A stretch of DNA of 64,000 nt from Basidiobolus meristosporus CBS 931.73 (Eukaryota > Fungi > Basidiobolomycota). The stretch is from the NCBI GenBank assembly GCA_002104905.1, contig MCFE01000110.1, positions 62,001 through 126,000 of the forward strand, written 5' to 3'. The notes under the pieces are model-generated. The model was not told where the DNA came from. It did not search any database and saw only the letters and a list, made by a program, of their open reading frames with translations. This document shows, in pieces, positions 21,261 through 34,899 of the stretch (its first letter is position 1; every line of letters starts with the position of its first letter). A program made the position numbers and the translations under genes.

Positions 21261-24200
21261 CTGCTTTGCGCGAATGTTTTAAACGGATTCTGGCGATAGC
21301 GCAAACAGAGTTTTGATAAGCCTTTAGCACGACAGAAATAAGATAGCCTGCTCTTGGTAATATACCTAAATGAAACTCTAATTGTGACATTTACCATAAT
21401 TTGGATTATAATGGCACTTGTTGACCTATAATATGACTTGACATCAAACCAATTTATCCATTTGCATCAGTTTTGGTTCATCATCATTCTGCTATTCTGC
21501 ATATGTATGGTTGCCTGCCATATGACGGCCCACTCTGGGCAATAGAGCTACTGACGACTGCGGGGCCGATAGGGGTAAACCAAAATTTTGTTTTATGAAG
21601 ATGGATGACCACATAACTGGGTAGGCTCGGCGAGCCTAGATCCAAATGCTGTTGACTCTTGCGTGTATACAGCTGAAGCGCCAACACAATGTAGTTAGCT
21701 ACGGGCCACCCTTTTACATTAAACAAGTGTTGTGCGTGCCGGTGCGCCTCGCTTTTTGTCTGTAGAAATGGATATTGGCCAGCGTCGACAAGCTCTTTGA
21801 CTGGGCATGTCCATGTTCAAGGCAGTGAGTTGGACTCTATACGGGATGTGCAAAAGAGAAGTCTAATCGAGACCAGTATAGTTAGTATATCTTATCCGAG
21901 CCGCACTAAACGGCTTCTTATTCAGCTTTACCTTTGATTATATTCGAGAAGCTTAACTGCCTAATCCGGTTTTAATCAATCGAGCGACCCATTCTTTTCA
22001 GGAGTGCATATAAGCATAAGCATGCCGGCGTAGCTCATGGACTTTGACTCTGAAATTAAAAGCAGTCCATGGTTGGATGATCTAGACACCATTGATGAAG
22101 ATGGGTAAACCTTTTTAGCAGCACAACCACGGGATTTATATTCGACTCATTCCCAGCATGCAGGGACATTTTTAGACTTGATGAGGGAATCGATTGCTTA
22201 GACCTGGTGTTGCCGCGCTTGCTGGATAGATTCGCTGATTCCTAGGCCCAAAAGTATACATGCGGTGCTATGGTCCAGTATATAAATAGACCTCGAATGC
22301 TAAACTTAGCTGAAGTGCAGTTCGGCTAAACCCTTGAAGCGCTAAACAACCTTATATTCGTATTGGTCCGTTTCACTGAACTATATACTCATTCACTGTG
22401 TAATAAAGTGATCATATTACGGGTAACAGATTGAATGAAACTGTTGATTAATGAGCAATTAGCTGTAAATCAGTTCAGACTGACTTGACTTGTTATTGCC
22501 AAGTCATGATAATCCGCCATTAGTTACATTTGATCAGTAAATCCAAGACCCTATGTCGTTGCAGTGGCAAGCGTACTGATTCATATGACAAAATCTCCTT
22601 TGTAGGCAAGAGGCAACTTGAATCCATCCAAGACACCTATGGCCATGCACATCTTTGCAAAATATACCAAAACGGTGACTAGCAATCCTGCTCATGTGAA
22701 ACACCAGGATATATCATTGCATCCACCGTTGGTTTGTGAGTAAACTGATCATGTCGGTCGCAGCTCACGGTCATTAGTACAACAATGGCTTGAATAAGAA
22801 TGCCCCAGCTATCAGAATGATAAAGGGGAAATTTTCACCCGAATCCCATGACTTCATGCCAACTTCAGGCCAATTAACACGGACATACTCCGCTCGGAAG
22901 ATGTCGCTTGACAAATCCAATGCCGAGCTGGTCAGTCGTGACATTGACAAAGGGATATTAAAAATCATCCGATTCTTCATTTATTTACCAGGTAAGTCGG
23001 CATCGTGTTATACTTTCCATAAGCATACCATCATTGCTACGGCTGAATACTCACTGGGAAATGTCCAAGCTGGACTGGCGGCCGATAGGTTGCTGACGCT
23101 CAGAAACAGGGTCACAAGAGTAAACTCCCATTTCGGCCGTCCGCTGTTTGGGTGCCTCGTAGCAAGGGTGCTGATTCTACTATTCCCTAGCATGTTTGAG
23201 TCTCTGGCATCAACGGCTGCCACGAAAATCCACTAGGTGAGACGGGTAATCCCCTTCACAAAGATCATAGATTCTCCCTCGCCCCTTCGGTTCCTCCACT
23301 AAAATGAGATGACAGGAGTGTCTTGTATTACCCAGAGTGACCGCATCCAAACTCATATCTGGGTTTCCTTATTAAAACTTCTGGCCAGGGAACCTGGTTG
23401 GCCTGACCAAGTCCAAATCTTTAGGATACAGTGAGGTATGATTTAGTTGGATGATAAACAATCTAATGAGAGTGCGTGTCGTTGGCTGTTCTATAGATAG
23501 CACGCAATCCATTTCCATTAATAGATGGATATAAGCTTACTGAATAGGTTGAGTAAAAATGTCACAGGGAGAGATTCCCTTTTTTGGGCCCCTAGCTCAT
23601 CTGGGCAGGGTGAATAGTTACGAGAGGTGTAAAAAAAATGGCGTGTAACAGTGTGAGGGGGATTTCATGTTATCACCAAAGAATGATGGGCCAATCCACA
23701 GTTGGCCTGCGATACGGGTTGAGGCCGCACTCAGCGCTTGAACTGGCAATTCCATTTAAGCCAGCAATGCAATGATGTATAATTATCTTTGTGCCACATT
23801 CCTTAGCCTACTTATTGGTTTTGGTTACCCAATCTCAAGCATAGTTGATTTTACACCATGGACAAATATCGTCTACTTTGGTAATCCTGCTCATATGATG
23901 GCAGAAACAGACATGGCCTAATAGGCGCTTTCGGGCCAAGGTTTCTTCCATGCTAGCAGTCGCAGATTCCAATGCTCGACCAAATTAAGCTCAGGGAATC
24001 ATCGCAAATTTTCGCCAAGAACTGCTGGTATAAAGTACCCACCCAATTCAATCCACCCATCTGGCTAATTGGAGAGGGGTTCCCATTGATTCTCGAGGAT
24101 TTTATTATTATCACTATAGAATACAAAGATTAATTTATCGATTTCTGCTGATAGTTTATTTGGTATCACTATTCTTAGATTGACTATTGGCAGTTTGCTG

Positions 24201-24484
24201 GTATGAAACATGAATTAAAAATTGAATTGACAGCAGCAGGTTGAATGATTTCACCATACCCGTTTTGATGATGGAGATACGGATTCAATTAGCTCCTATA
24301 TCTGTAGGTGCTCGCGCAAATATTTAAGAACCTGGCTTTCGCCCCTAAGCTGCAAACTATTATCGCCTTTTTCTCTTTAGCGTGTCTTTCCAAAAAGATC
24401 ACCTATCTTTCTCACATCATATCCAGTTTTCACTGCGTGTGCATTGGTATTTTAGCACTAGAAGTATTTCGAAGATTTTTTATT

Positions 24485-25378
24485 ATGGCTACAGCAATGG
24501 AGACTTATTATGGTTACGTTGAGAATGTTCACGATGCCCTTCTCATATTTGAGGCTTGTCGGCTAGGTCAGTTGCGTCGGGTTCAAAGACGCCTGAGCGA
24601 CAAGGAGCGTCGTAGCCTCCGCTCTGGATCTGTCTATGTTTGGGAGGAAGAGGAGGCCAGTATGAAGAGATGGACCGACGGCCGCACTTGGTCCCCCTCG
24701 CGGGTTCACGGCTGCTTCCTGACCTATCGTGAGTTGGAAAGCAAGCGCAAATCCGCCAAGGTCACTGAGTCACCCACACTTTATGGCTACTGCTCCGACC
24801 TTGAGCAGTCGTCAGATCATTTCCAATACAAATCCGACGGCCTGATCAAACAGTCGCTATGCTACACCACAGCCGATGGTCACCGCCTGCATCTTATTTC
24901 CTACCACAACAAGTACCACGTTGCCACCGGAAACCTCCGTAGCCCATCCAGAGAGCCACTATTCGCACACATCACGATCCCCAAGGGGCTCTATCCGGAT
25001 ATGACTCCAGAGTACGTCCCCAACGGCGGATATCCAATGCCTGTGGAAGATAGTTTTGCTCCACGCAACCTCCCAAGAAGGCCATCATACATGCGCATCC
25101 CTCATTCACAACCACAATATCCGACACAGACTCAGCTCAAGTCGCAATCTCGGTCTGTATCCTCAAGCGAAAAGCCACGGTCCCTAAGCCCACTTAGCTG
25201 CCCAAGCCCAACACTTCTCCGTGAATACGAGCTTCCCAGCTTGCGGTCCCCCAGCCCACCTCAGTGGGAACCATTGCCACCACTGGATATTCCCTGTCTC
25301 GATGTTCAAATCAGCCGGCCTCTCCACAGTGAAGATCGCCGTCAGCTTTCGGTGCTATCTGTCGCACTGACATTTTGA
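24485..25378 (+). CDS. pac2: Gti1/Pac2 (WOPR) family transcription factor, Pac2-like
   Basis: METYYGYVENVHDALLIFEACRLG, RRLSDKER, SGSVYVW, KRWTDGRTWSPSR, GLIKQSL, HLISY. C-terminal SEDRRQL. Confidence 0.92.
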   Translation: MATAMETYYGYVENVHDALLIFEACRLGQLRRVQRRLSDKERRSLRSGSVYVWEEEEASMKRWTDGRTWSPSRVHGCFLTYRELESKRKSAKVTESPTLYGYCSDLEQSSDHFQYKSDGLIKQSLCYTTADGHRLHLISYHNKYHVATGNLRSPSREPLFAHITIPKGLYPDMTPEYVPNGGYPMPVEDSFAPRNLPRRPSYMRIPHSQPQYPTQTQLKSQSRSVSSSEKPRSLSPLSCPSPTLLREYELPSLRSPSPPQWEPLPPLDIPCLDVQISRPLHSEDRRQLSVLSVALTF

Positions 25379-28007
25379 AATCTCTGGTTTTTCAATACGA
25401 CTTGTATAGATATCAATTTTTCGCATCCACCGTTGCATCCTGAGAGTCAATATTGTTTCAAGCTCAGCTTGCGATCACCCAAGCCAGGGCATAGGAGCCG
25501 ACATGACGACTAATGTTTACTGCGATGCCCAACCCATCCGTCCCGACCATAGTGTTCCATGTATATAGTGAATACCAGTTACCGTATTTCTCCTCTGTTA
25601 GTCTTTTCAGTTGTCACCTGGTTACTTCGATCTGCTTAATCCAAGGCATACTTGTCGGGCCTCTCTTTCTCACCGGTTTGGGGACTGGCTGGTTCAGTGC
25701 TCTGGCCATCATGAGCAAGAAATCCATTGAACTTTTCCATGCCAATATCCCTGTATAAGTTGCGCAACTGCGAAATTGACCCTCAACGGTCTCGGGCCTG
25801 GGCCACATACAATAAAAGGATTTTGTATATAAATTTGGGGCTACGTGGGGACTTCAAGGGACAGAAGCTGCGCTCCTAAACGAAGCATGCTAGAAGTATT
25901 TTTCGATGCTTAAACCAATATTGAAAGGAGCAGCCACTCAGCGCACCTCGTGAGGACCTCGCAATTGCTTATTTCGAAGAGATTGATGTCTGAAGACGCT
26001 CCTACCCAAAATGGCCATGATTAAGGTGATTCAAGTAAGTCCCTATTCTTTTTGATGATAATCAAGGTGAGCTTAATTGTACAACCATCAGCACCAATCT
26101 TCCCCCTCCATCCTACATCCCCCTATCACAGACCCCATCCATTTTAGGGAATTCAAGGCTTGTGATTCTCACTCGGCTAAAGATAAGGCACATTCTATTT
26201 CCGCAACGAGTAATAATAATCACACGTACAATATGGATATTAGCCAGTGGAGTCAAGGGACACATGACACCGTGGTGACCACGACAATTAAGGAGATCTC
26301 GTATTCATATACTTGACTCAAATTTATACAGAGATGTTTCGGAGGGGTTGATGCGATCGAGTAGTATGATTGCTTAGCCTTCCCAGGTGCTGTTTAGCAG
26401 ATGACTGGATTGACTCATTCCGCGCGTAAGAGCATATAAAGGAATCAAAGCTGTCATGATGATAGGCTGGGTATAACCCAGCGACTTCGACCATATATTA
26501 CGATCCAATGCCCTCGCTTTCACCGTAGCCGCTATGCCATAGGCTTTGGCGACGGGTCACACGGGTGAGGCTCCCGGAACAAATTTTAGCCAATGGATAG
26601 GTGATGTGAGAAAGCCTTCATGCGATTGTCAGCACAACTGGATAGATGAGTACAACTTAAGCTTAATTGGATCAAAGAAATGGCGGTGGGCAAGATTGGG
26701 GTCTCAGTGTGACACAAATGTGATAAAATGATCCGCTTCGGGGTTATCAGTCTGGGAAATTGATTGGGTGGCCGGTAGTTAAAGATTTAGGCTTGCCTTT
26801 CAGCATGCATATGTAGCAATTTCCATTTTTATCTCCCATAACTGTCAGCGTATGAAGCCATGCATGTGTAAATCAGGTTGTACAGTGAGTTGTATCGAGT
26901 TTGATTCCTTAGTTGGTACTCTAGACGAGACTGGGGAATGATTTATGCAAGTGGTCTTGAATCATCCGCCGTCATACGCACCCCTAGAATCACAGTGAAA
27001 ACACGGGGATCACCAAATCTAAAGCTCAACCATAGTGATGATTCATGTGAATCACAGCTATCAGCGTCGCTACCATTGAGCTTAGAAGGTTATTATTTAT
27101 TACAGGTTTGGTTTATGGGTTAGTCAATATTTTTAAAGTAGTTGTATTAGTGTCTCTTCCCAGTTTATGTGCGCTACCCATTGAGCATGTCTGGAACGGC
27201 CATGGTTTGTACACTAGCGATCGTGGTAGTGAGGGGTTGGGATGCTCTTACTGGAGCATGGCGCGGTCTACCAATGGCATCAAAATCTCAGTATGGAAAA
27301 GAGTCGCTCTTTGTTGCCAGGGCGATTTCGGGATGTGAGGTAGCTCAGCAGAAGCCTAATTGGCATGGGGCCATTGTCTAATGGTGTACATGGAGCACAA
27401 TCCACAGTTAGTGCGCCAAGTCCAGAATGTGTGAAACCATGAGCCAACCCAATTTTAACCATCTTATATCTATTTTTTCCAGCAACGTATTTTTCGTTTA
27501 GGCTTGCTTGGTGTACCACGATCTGAGGATTCCTTTGTACAGTGAGCATTGTGTTTTCACTCGATCGTCAGATGTCGTTCCAGTGTAGTAAGCAGTATTG
27601 CTCAATCACCTCTTATAAGTTTCGGATGGCAACATTTTTAAGAATGGTTAAATATTTGAATTTAGATATTTTCATCAGCGATTAGATCGTTTTCTATTGT
27701 TCTAACCTAATGCTTGTATCATACTACATGAGTAATGATCATTGGGTACAGAGGTTAACAGCTGGTGCTGACGAATTTATGATGATATCAGGCAATGTAG
27801 TGACAAATATATATTATGTTCCTCTGGAGAGCCTCTCTGGTATGCAATTACTGTCGCCATGAATGGGCTGCCATATCCCTTCCCATAAATATCCAGTACT
27901 GGATCCTACCTGATTTGAGCCCCCCCCGAAAGATATACTACCCCTTGCAACATGCAAACCTATAGTCTACACAACAGTATAGCGGACTGCTCTTTCACCA
28001 CATCATT

Positions 28008-28317
28008 ATGTCGGACAAGACTGAGCTGAATATTGAGCTGAAAACCATTGGTTTCGACGCTCGCTTTCCCAACCAAAACCAGACTAAGCATTGTTGGCAA
28101 AATTATGTAGATTACCATAAATGTATTACCGCTCGCGGCGAGAGCTTTCCTGCCTGCAGACAGTTCTACCGTGCCTATAGAAGCCTTTGTCCAGATGACT
28201 GGGTAATAATCGTCTTTCCGCATATTCTTTCTTCCTTATGTTAATGTTGGATTTTAGATTGATCGTTGGGATCAGCAGAGGGAGGCAGGAACGAATCCCT
28301 CAGACCTGAATCCCTAA
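28008..28317 (+). CDS. COX12: Cytochrome c oxidase subunit 6B, 2 exons (intron 28203-28257)
   Basis: [24 protein letters not shown]...[16 protein letters not shown]|[11 protein letters not shown]. Confidence 0.95.
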
Positions 28318-28579
28318 GGCTCCAGTAGGCCTTTCACCATCATCAGTTGGCATTTAATAAAGATATGAGTATGGAAATGTTCACCAGCTTTTGTCCCACT
28401 GTGGGGAGCAGGTTCATACTACGCTAACGCCATGACTTGTGTAGACTTCGTGGATAGTTTTTTACTGATTGTTTACAAGGGAATGAAAGTTACGAGAATA
28501 GCTGAGACGCATATGATTGTATGTCGCTAGACATGACTGAAATTACTACGAGTTTAGTCTATATATGATGGGGCTGGTC

Positions 28580-30878
28580 TTAGCGCCAGTTGCTACGGCT
28601 GCCATAGGGTGAAATCGATGAAGGAAATCTTGAATAAGCTTCCCGTATTTCGTTGATGAAACTATCACTATTATGAATGGTAGTTCCACCCAGAACCATT
28701 CTGACTCCTTGGATGGATGAGTTTAGTTGGGCTATCAGCTTGGCTTCTTCGTAAGTGGCGCCGCCAATCATAAAGATGATGATATCTTGAGGCCTGCAGA
28801 GAGATGTTGGGTTATACTTCAAGACACTAATCGGATGCTTGTTATACTCACTTATCACGAGTGGAACCATCTACGAACGGGTAGCTGGTTTCTTTGAGTC
28901 TACCCTTGACCAGCTGATCAATGGTATTGGCCATATGTGGGGTATGTTGAGTGTATACGTTTTCAACACCCTGCAGAAACATACGTGTCGGTTTGAGATT
29001 TGAAAAGCAGCTCAATATGACTCAACTAGATTCCGTACCTTCAAGCCCTTGAAGACGTTCTTTCCCCTTGAGAATATATTTTCGTTTTCGAACAAATCAT
29101 CCTGACGCTGATCCGCTCCAGCATATTGCATCACCGTACCAATAAGCTACCATGGTGAAGAGTTAGGTCGCAAACCAGTCACGCTACCCCTGGAATCGAA
29201 TTGGAGCCTACCTTGATGTCAAGCTCGCTGATACCGTTTCGATGGAGAAGCTCAATCAGAGTGGTGATTGCGTTGTTGGGGGATTTTTCATATCGAAGTG
29301 CGTACAAAAGAACTAGGCGAACTTTGGCTCGATCGGAGATTCTGCTATTTTCTATCATCTTCTGCAATGTCTAAACACCCCATCGTGTTTGTTAATCCGA
29401 TATCCTGTTACAAAGCAACCCGCCGTTGGGGGACGTCAAATACCTTAAGGTCGGAGGCGTGCGATTCATTGCAAGCAAGACTTTGCTCCAACTCACTAAC
29501 TTCAAGCAAATGAAGCTCGCCGACAAGACGGCTGAGTTCACCGACAAGAGTTACATGCTTGCTCACGTTGCCTGAAAGCTTTCTGAATTCTGGATACTCT
29601 TCGACGAACCGCTTCATATCTGACACTGACTCGATTTTGATGTTGGACTTTGTCTTGTTCTGGTACTCATCAACATACGATTTGATGTTGGCACCTAGAT
29701 CTCCGAAGTTCAGGAATTTGTTTTTCTTGTAAAAGAGGTCTTGGTCAACCGATAGTACGATTTCCTACAATTTCGGGTTACTCTAAGTTATGCTGGATCG
29801 TCCACCATGGGGAGCCTTACCTTGAGGTCCTTCTTGATGTCAGGAACTGAGGATAGATCCACACGCCCGTTATGGATTCCAAGCATTTCATGGACCATGG
29901 CTTGGTATGTCCACTGAGTAAGTAACGGCGTGACTGGATCATTCCTACGATCCAAGATTAGCAGGATGGGTGGCGTATCAGCGCGTCTAAATTCAAACAA
30001 TTGATTCTCTTGTTGGATTTGATACTAGATATAAGCCAATGCTCGAACGTTAGCTGCTGTAGAATTAGGAAATGCTGATTATGCACAGGCTGGACTAACA
30101 TGTATCTCTTGGGCCAATGTTTTAGCCATCGTACTCATTTTTTCGTAACGAATGAGTGGCTTCTTCTTTAATGCAAGAAGGGAAGCCATTACACCATCCA
30201 CAGCTCTTTGAAAGGCCCTCCCCTCCCATGCTTGCGGGGAATCCCCATAGATGGGCATATGCTTGGGGAGATTCAGCGAATACAGGTCGGGATTGATGGC
30301 ACTGAAATCGGCATACAACTCCTATTTCAATAAAGTTAGGAAACGGTGCAGGTGGGCCACCCAACCTATAGGTATACCTGGACTTCGCGGACTACTTCGT
30401 TTTCATCTACTTCAGCCAACCTTTCAATCACCGTTTTCTTCAAAATGTTGCTAAAGTCTGTAGGCTGCATAAGTCATAGAGAAAGGTACAGAAAAAACAA
30501 GATACTCACACAAATGATACTCTCCGTATTTAGGGTCTCTGAGTTCCTCGATCAGATGTTGCACTGATTCGTGGCTCGGTCGAAGAAAGCACACGCATTT
30601 CAAATGCTTCATTTTTTCGCGTCCTTTATTATCGATGCGATCGACCAGATAAGTCTCGTGTGCCAGTAGAAAGGATTGGGTGGCCACGACAGAAACGATG
30701 GGGGTCTATTTTAAGATTGGATTGACGTAAAGAGACTTTGGGTCAAACGAATGGTTAATTATTAGACATAAAAACACAGGTCACTTACGGTTTCAACATC
30801 TAAGAGGAGCACTTTCATCCCAGAAACGTTATCAACCATCTTGGTTATGTAGTTTTGTACCGTCTTGATGAGATCCAT
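28580..30878 (-). CDS. VPS45: Sec1/Munc18 family protein Vps45, multi-exon
   Basis: [78 protein letters not shown]. Confidence 0.93.
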
Positions 30879-31518
30879 GTTTGACTTCAAATGGCAGCGC
30901 TTTTCGCTAATACTCGAACTTGAAGGAAGAACTACGAAGGGAAGCAGGTAGGTCTGTTATTAGGGTATGAAGCCACCTTGGCAAGAGCTGCGTAAGATTA
31001 AATCCAAATTTAGTTTAACATAGTGGATTTAATGCGCTTTGCTAACCAACACATTTATGCATGGATTTCAGAACGCTATGATGTTGCTCACTAGCCGTAA
31101 TAATGGGCCTTAATGCGAATGGCCTATCCAATCCCAACCAAGTCAAATGTCATTCGTAAGAGACCTAGATAGATTATACTAGATCTGTCTTGACTCCGCA
31201 ATTACTTCAGTATCTCTCTGGAAAAGTTCGAAAAACCTCACTGCCGAATCTGATTGGTCGTAGGGAGAGGCTGGGTTCGCTGCAAATTTTGGCGTTTCTT
31301 CGTAATGCGGCTGATTTTCCTGACGTTAACACTTCTATAAGGCATACTCAAACTCACTTCGTCACCCAAATATTCCCTACCACCTTGAAATAATCTATAG
31401 CTCAAGGCGCGTCACACAGCACTTCGATAAGAGATAGTTAAAATTGGCAACCAGATCTATTCTCTACCCTAACCTCAGCTCACTCTCCCACAAACCCCCA
31501 GCGTACTCAATCTTGAAT

Positions 31519-33774
31519 ATGAGCGCATTTCTCAACCGCTCTTCTTCGAGCATGCGTCCTTTCTTGCGTACAAACAATATCTTCGCTAGACAGTCGCTGA
31601 AGCCCCTGAACTCGAAACTCCTGCAGGGCGAACTTCGCCTCCCCAACCTTCGCCAGAGACGTTTCAATTCAGACAAGCCCGGAAAAGAATCCAAGCCTGA
31701 GGAGCCCGGTTTCATACCTAAAGGATTCGAGGGGTTTTTTGGAAGATCCGGTAAACCGGTCGCTGAAAGCAAGCATGTTAAAGAGGGGGCTGACAAAGTA
31801 CCTAAAGGGGGCCCCAAGCCGCCAGAGGGTCCCCAGAATTTCTTCAACAACAGCAACCTGATTCCACTTGCGGTCTCTGCCTATCTGGTTTATTCCCTCA
31901 CTTCTCCTAAAGGGAATATCCAAGAAATCACTTGGCAAGACTTCCGGAATAACTACTTAGACAGAGGGCTTGTTGAAAAGCTAACTGTCATCAACAAGAA
32001 TCGCGTGCGCGTTCAACTTATTCACGACGGTAGTCAGATGAGGGGTGAGGGCGTTCGTCCCGGCGGTGTGATCATGTTTAACATTGGCTCAATCGATTCT
32101 TTCGAAAAGAAGCTGGACGATGCCCAGAAGGAGTTGGGCATTCCTTCTAATGAACGCATCCCCGTTGCTTACCATGACGAGGTCAATGTCCTTGGTACTG
32201 TTCTACACTTTGCACCTACTCTCCTTTTGATCGGTATGATTTATTACATGAGCCGCAGAGCCGGTGGTGCTGGAGGCGGTCCCCAAGGCATCTTCGGAAT
32301 TGGAAAATCGAAAGCGAAACTGTACAATCATGAGACCGACATCAAGGTGAAGTTTAAGGATGTTGCAGGTATGGACGAGGCCAAAGAAGAAATCATGGAG
32401 TTTGTTAAATTCCTCAAGGACCCCAAGGCTTACGAGAGACTGGGTGCCAAAATCCCGAAAGGTGCTATTCTTAGCGGCCCCCCTGGTACCGGTAAAACCC
32501 TTCTAGCTAAAGCGACAGCAGGAGAGGCTGGAGTGCCCTTCCTCAGTGTTTCCGGCTCCGAGTTTGTGGAAATGTTCGTTGGTGTAGGACCCTCCCGTGT
32601 CCGCGACCTCTTCGCCAATGCAAAGAAGAATGCACCTTGCATCATTTTCGTAGATGAAATCGATGCCATTGGTAAGGCACGTGGTAAAGGTGGACAGTTT
32701 GGTGGTAACGACGAGCGGGAAAGCACCCTCAACCAACTGCTAGTAGAGATGGACGGTTTCAACTCTCACGAGCACGTTGTGGTTCTCGCTGGTACCAACA
32801 GACCTGATGTTCTAGATCCCGCCTTAATGCGTCCTGGTCGTTTTGATCGGCATATCGCCATCGACAGACCTGATATCCAAGGACGTAGCGCCATCTTCAA
32901 GGTCCACCTAAAGCCTATCAAGACCACACTCGATCTCGAAAAACTCGCCAACAAAATGGCTGCACTTACCCCAGGCTTCTCCGGCGCAGATATCTCCAAT
33001 GTGTGCAACGAGGCAGCCTTGATTGCTGCCCGTCGCTTGAAATCCGAAGTCACTGAAGAGGATTTCGAGGCAGCCATCGAAAGAGTCATTGCTGGATTGG
33101 AGAAGAAATCCAGAGTCCTCTCCCCAGAAGAGAAGAAGACCGTGGCATACCATGAAGCTGGGCATGCGGTGGCCGGCTGGTTTTTGCAGCACGCAGATCC
33201 ATTGCTCAAAGTATCGATTATTCCTCGCGGTGTAGGCGCGCTTGGCTATGCACAATACTTGCCAAAGGATCAATACCTCTACTCCGTTGACCAGCTTCTT
33301 GATAGAATGTGTATGACTCTCGGTGGCCGTGTTTCAGAACAGATCTTCTTCAACACCATCACCACCGGAGCCCAGGACGATCTCCAAAAGGTAACCAAGA
33401 TGGCCTACGCGCAGATCACCACCTATGGCATGAACAACGTCGTTGGAAACATCAGCTTCCATTCACCCAACGACGAACAGCAATTCCAAAAACCATACTC
33501 TGAAGAGACTGGGCGTATCATTGACAATGAGGCTCGCAAGATGATTGGCAATGCGTACGACAGAACCCTAAAGCTGCTTACCGAGAAGAAGGATGCCGTC
33601 GAGAAAGTTGCCCAGCTGTTGTTGGAGAAGGAAGTTTTAAACCGTGAAGATATGGTTCGACTCTTGGGGAAGAGACCCTTCGCGGAAAAGATCCAATACG
33701 AAGAGTTTGTTATGCCCAATACTTCATCATCCACTGATACACCATCTCCCTCCAGCGATGTATCCTGCAAATAA
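31519..33774 (+). CDS. AFG3: Mitochondrial m-AAA protease subunit (AFG3/YTA12 family), intronless
   Basis: FtsH N-domain ITWQDF, Walker A GPPGTGKT, Walker [19 protein letters not shown], zinc motif HEAGH. Confidence 0.93.
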   Translation: MSAFLNRSSSSMRPFLRTNNIFARQSLKPLNSKLLQGELRLPNLRQRRFNSDKPGKESKPEEPGFIPKGFEGFFGRSGKPVAESKHVKEGADKVPKGGPKPPEGPQNFFNNSNLIPLAVSAYLVYSLTSPKGNIQEITWQDFRNNYLDRGLVEKLTVINKNRVRVQLIHDGSQMRGEGVRPGGVIMFNIGSIDSFEKKLDDAQKELGIPSNERIPVAYHDEVNVLGTVLHFAPTLLLIGMIYYMSRRAGGAGGGPQGIFGIGKSKAKLYNHETDIKVKFKDVAGMDEAKEEIMEFVKFLKDPKAYERLGAKIPKGAILSGPPGTGKTLLAKATAGEAGVPFLSVSGSEFVEMFVGVGPSRVRDLFANAKKNAPCIIFVDEIDAIGKARGKGGQFGGNDERESTLNQLLVEMDGFNSHEHVVVLAGTNRPDVLDPALMRPGRFDRHIAIDRPDIQGRSAIFKVHLKPIKTTLDLEKLANKMAALTPGFSGADISNVCNEAALIAARRLKSEVTEEDFEAAIERVIAGLEKKSRVLSPEEKKTVAYHEAGHAVAGWFLQHADPLLKVSIIPRGVGALGYAQYLPKDQYLYSVDQLLDRMCMTLGGRVSEQIFFNTITTGAQDDLQKVTKMAYAQITTYGMNNVVGNISFHSPNDEQQFQKPYSEETGRIIDNEARKMIGNAYDRTLKLLTEKKDAVEKVAQLLLEKEVLNREDMVRLLGKRPFAEKIQYEEFVMPNTSSSTDTPSPSSDVSCK

Positions 33775-34899
33775 GTCCCAACACCAACTCACTAAAACTC
33801 ATCACAATTAAAATACAGAATTTGCATTCCATACCAGTATTGTGTTGTCCAAATGACTACCATCACCGGTAGACTAGAGCGCTAGTCGCGGTAAAAAACC
33901 CTCCCTCCCTTGGAACCCCCAATTAAACCGCCATTTCCTTGATTAATCATTAATATGTGTATGTTCATGTGTATGTTTGTTGTAATGTTGTCTGAAGCCA
34001 CCCCGATGGTCGTACCATAGAATACGACCATACGAATCTTCAGTTTCTCTTCCACGTTTAACCATTTACTCTTGAGATAGAAGAAAGCTCAAGGGAAAAA
34101 CTTGCCAACCAGGATCTTCATCGGGTGTTGATCAAGGCCGATTGGCGCCGTGGGTTCAAAGTTGGCTTTCCCCGCCTTCGTCGATGAGCATTTAAAGCTG
34201 GGTCGGCTTTGTGGGATTCAACTCAATGTAGGATCAGGAGGGATTTTTCAATAAGATCCATGTTGCATCCCTCTTAACATCCTCTTGCCTAATATGGGTA
34301 GTCCTACACTTGGCATCGATGTGACCTATCACAAGCTCCCTTCCACATGGCCGACTAGCCATACCATCATGCATACTACCAACATACGTAGGAAGCTCAG
34401 AATTCCATGATGACTGGCGTTGGGATCAGGAGATGGGCCATCCTTTAATGTACACATTGATTCTATTTTGTGCGGATACCACAGAGTAAGGGCCATTGGT
34501 TTTCACACCATTTCCATTTATGCGCGCTGATTATGGTGACTTTGCATTCGAATTTAGAAACTCTGGCAAACTCGCTGTTAGTTTGGATGAAGGCATTGTC
34601 GGAGCACGATTGGATGAAGAAGATCTATTGGCTGGGTCTAATCATGTTAAACAGGAGAGTTGTGCCAAGACTTGCACTAGCCTTAAGTTGCCATTGAGGA
34701 ACTCCGTAACTCTTGGCTTAAGTCCATCTGCTCATATATATACTTATGCATCGCGATAGCCTATTCCCCAATTGATTCCGTACATTCTCGATCTTCAAGG
34801 CTATTACCGAATCTCATTCCAGTACTTGACCATAGATCGCAGGGTCGTGTTTGTTTGCTACTTGTTTCCTCCCAATATTTTTGTTCCCTCGCTTCAAAT

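Noticed and set aside
22774-23400. Coding-like ORFs on both strands between the PAS gene and pac2
   Set aside because: No recognisable motifs and no consistent gene model.
25513-27549. Several short ORFs downstream of pac2
   Set aside because: No domain similarity; likely chance ORFs.
34000-34800. ORF fragments upstream of pacC
   Set aside because: Interrupted by stops in all frames with no homology recognised; treated as promoter.
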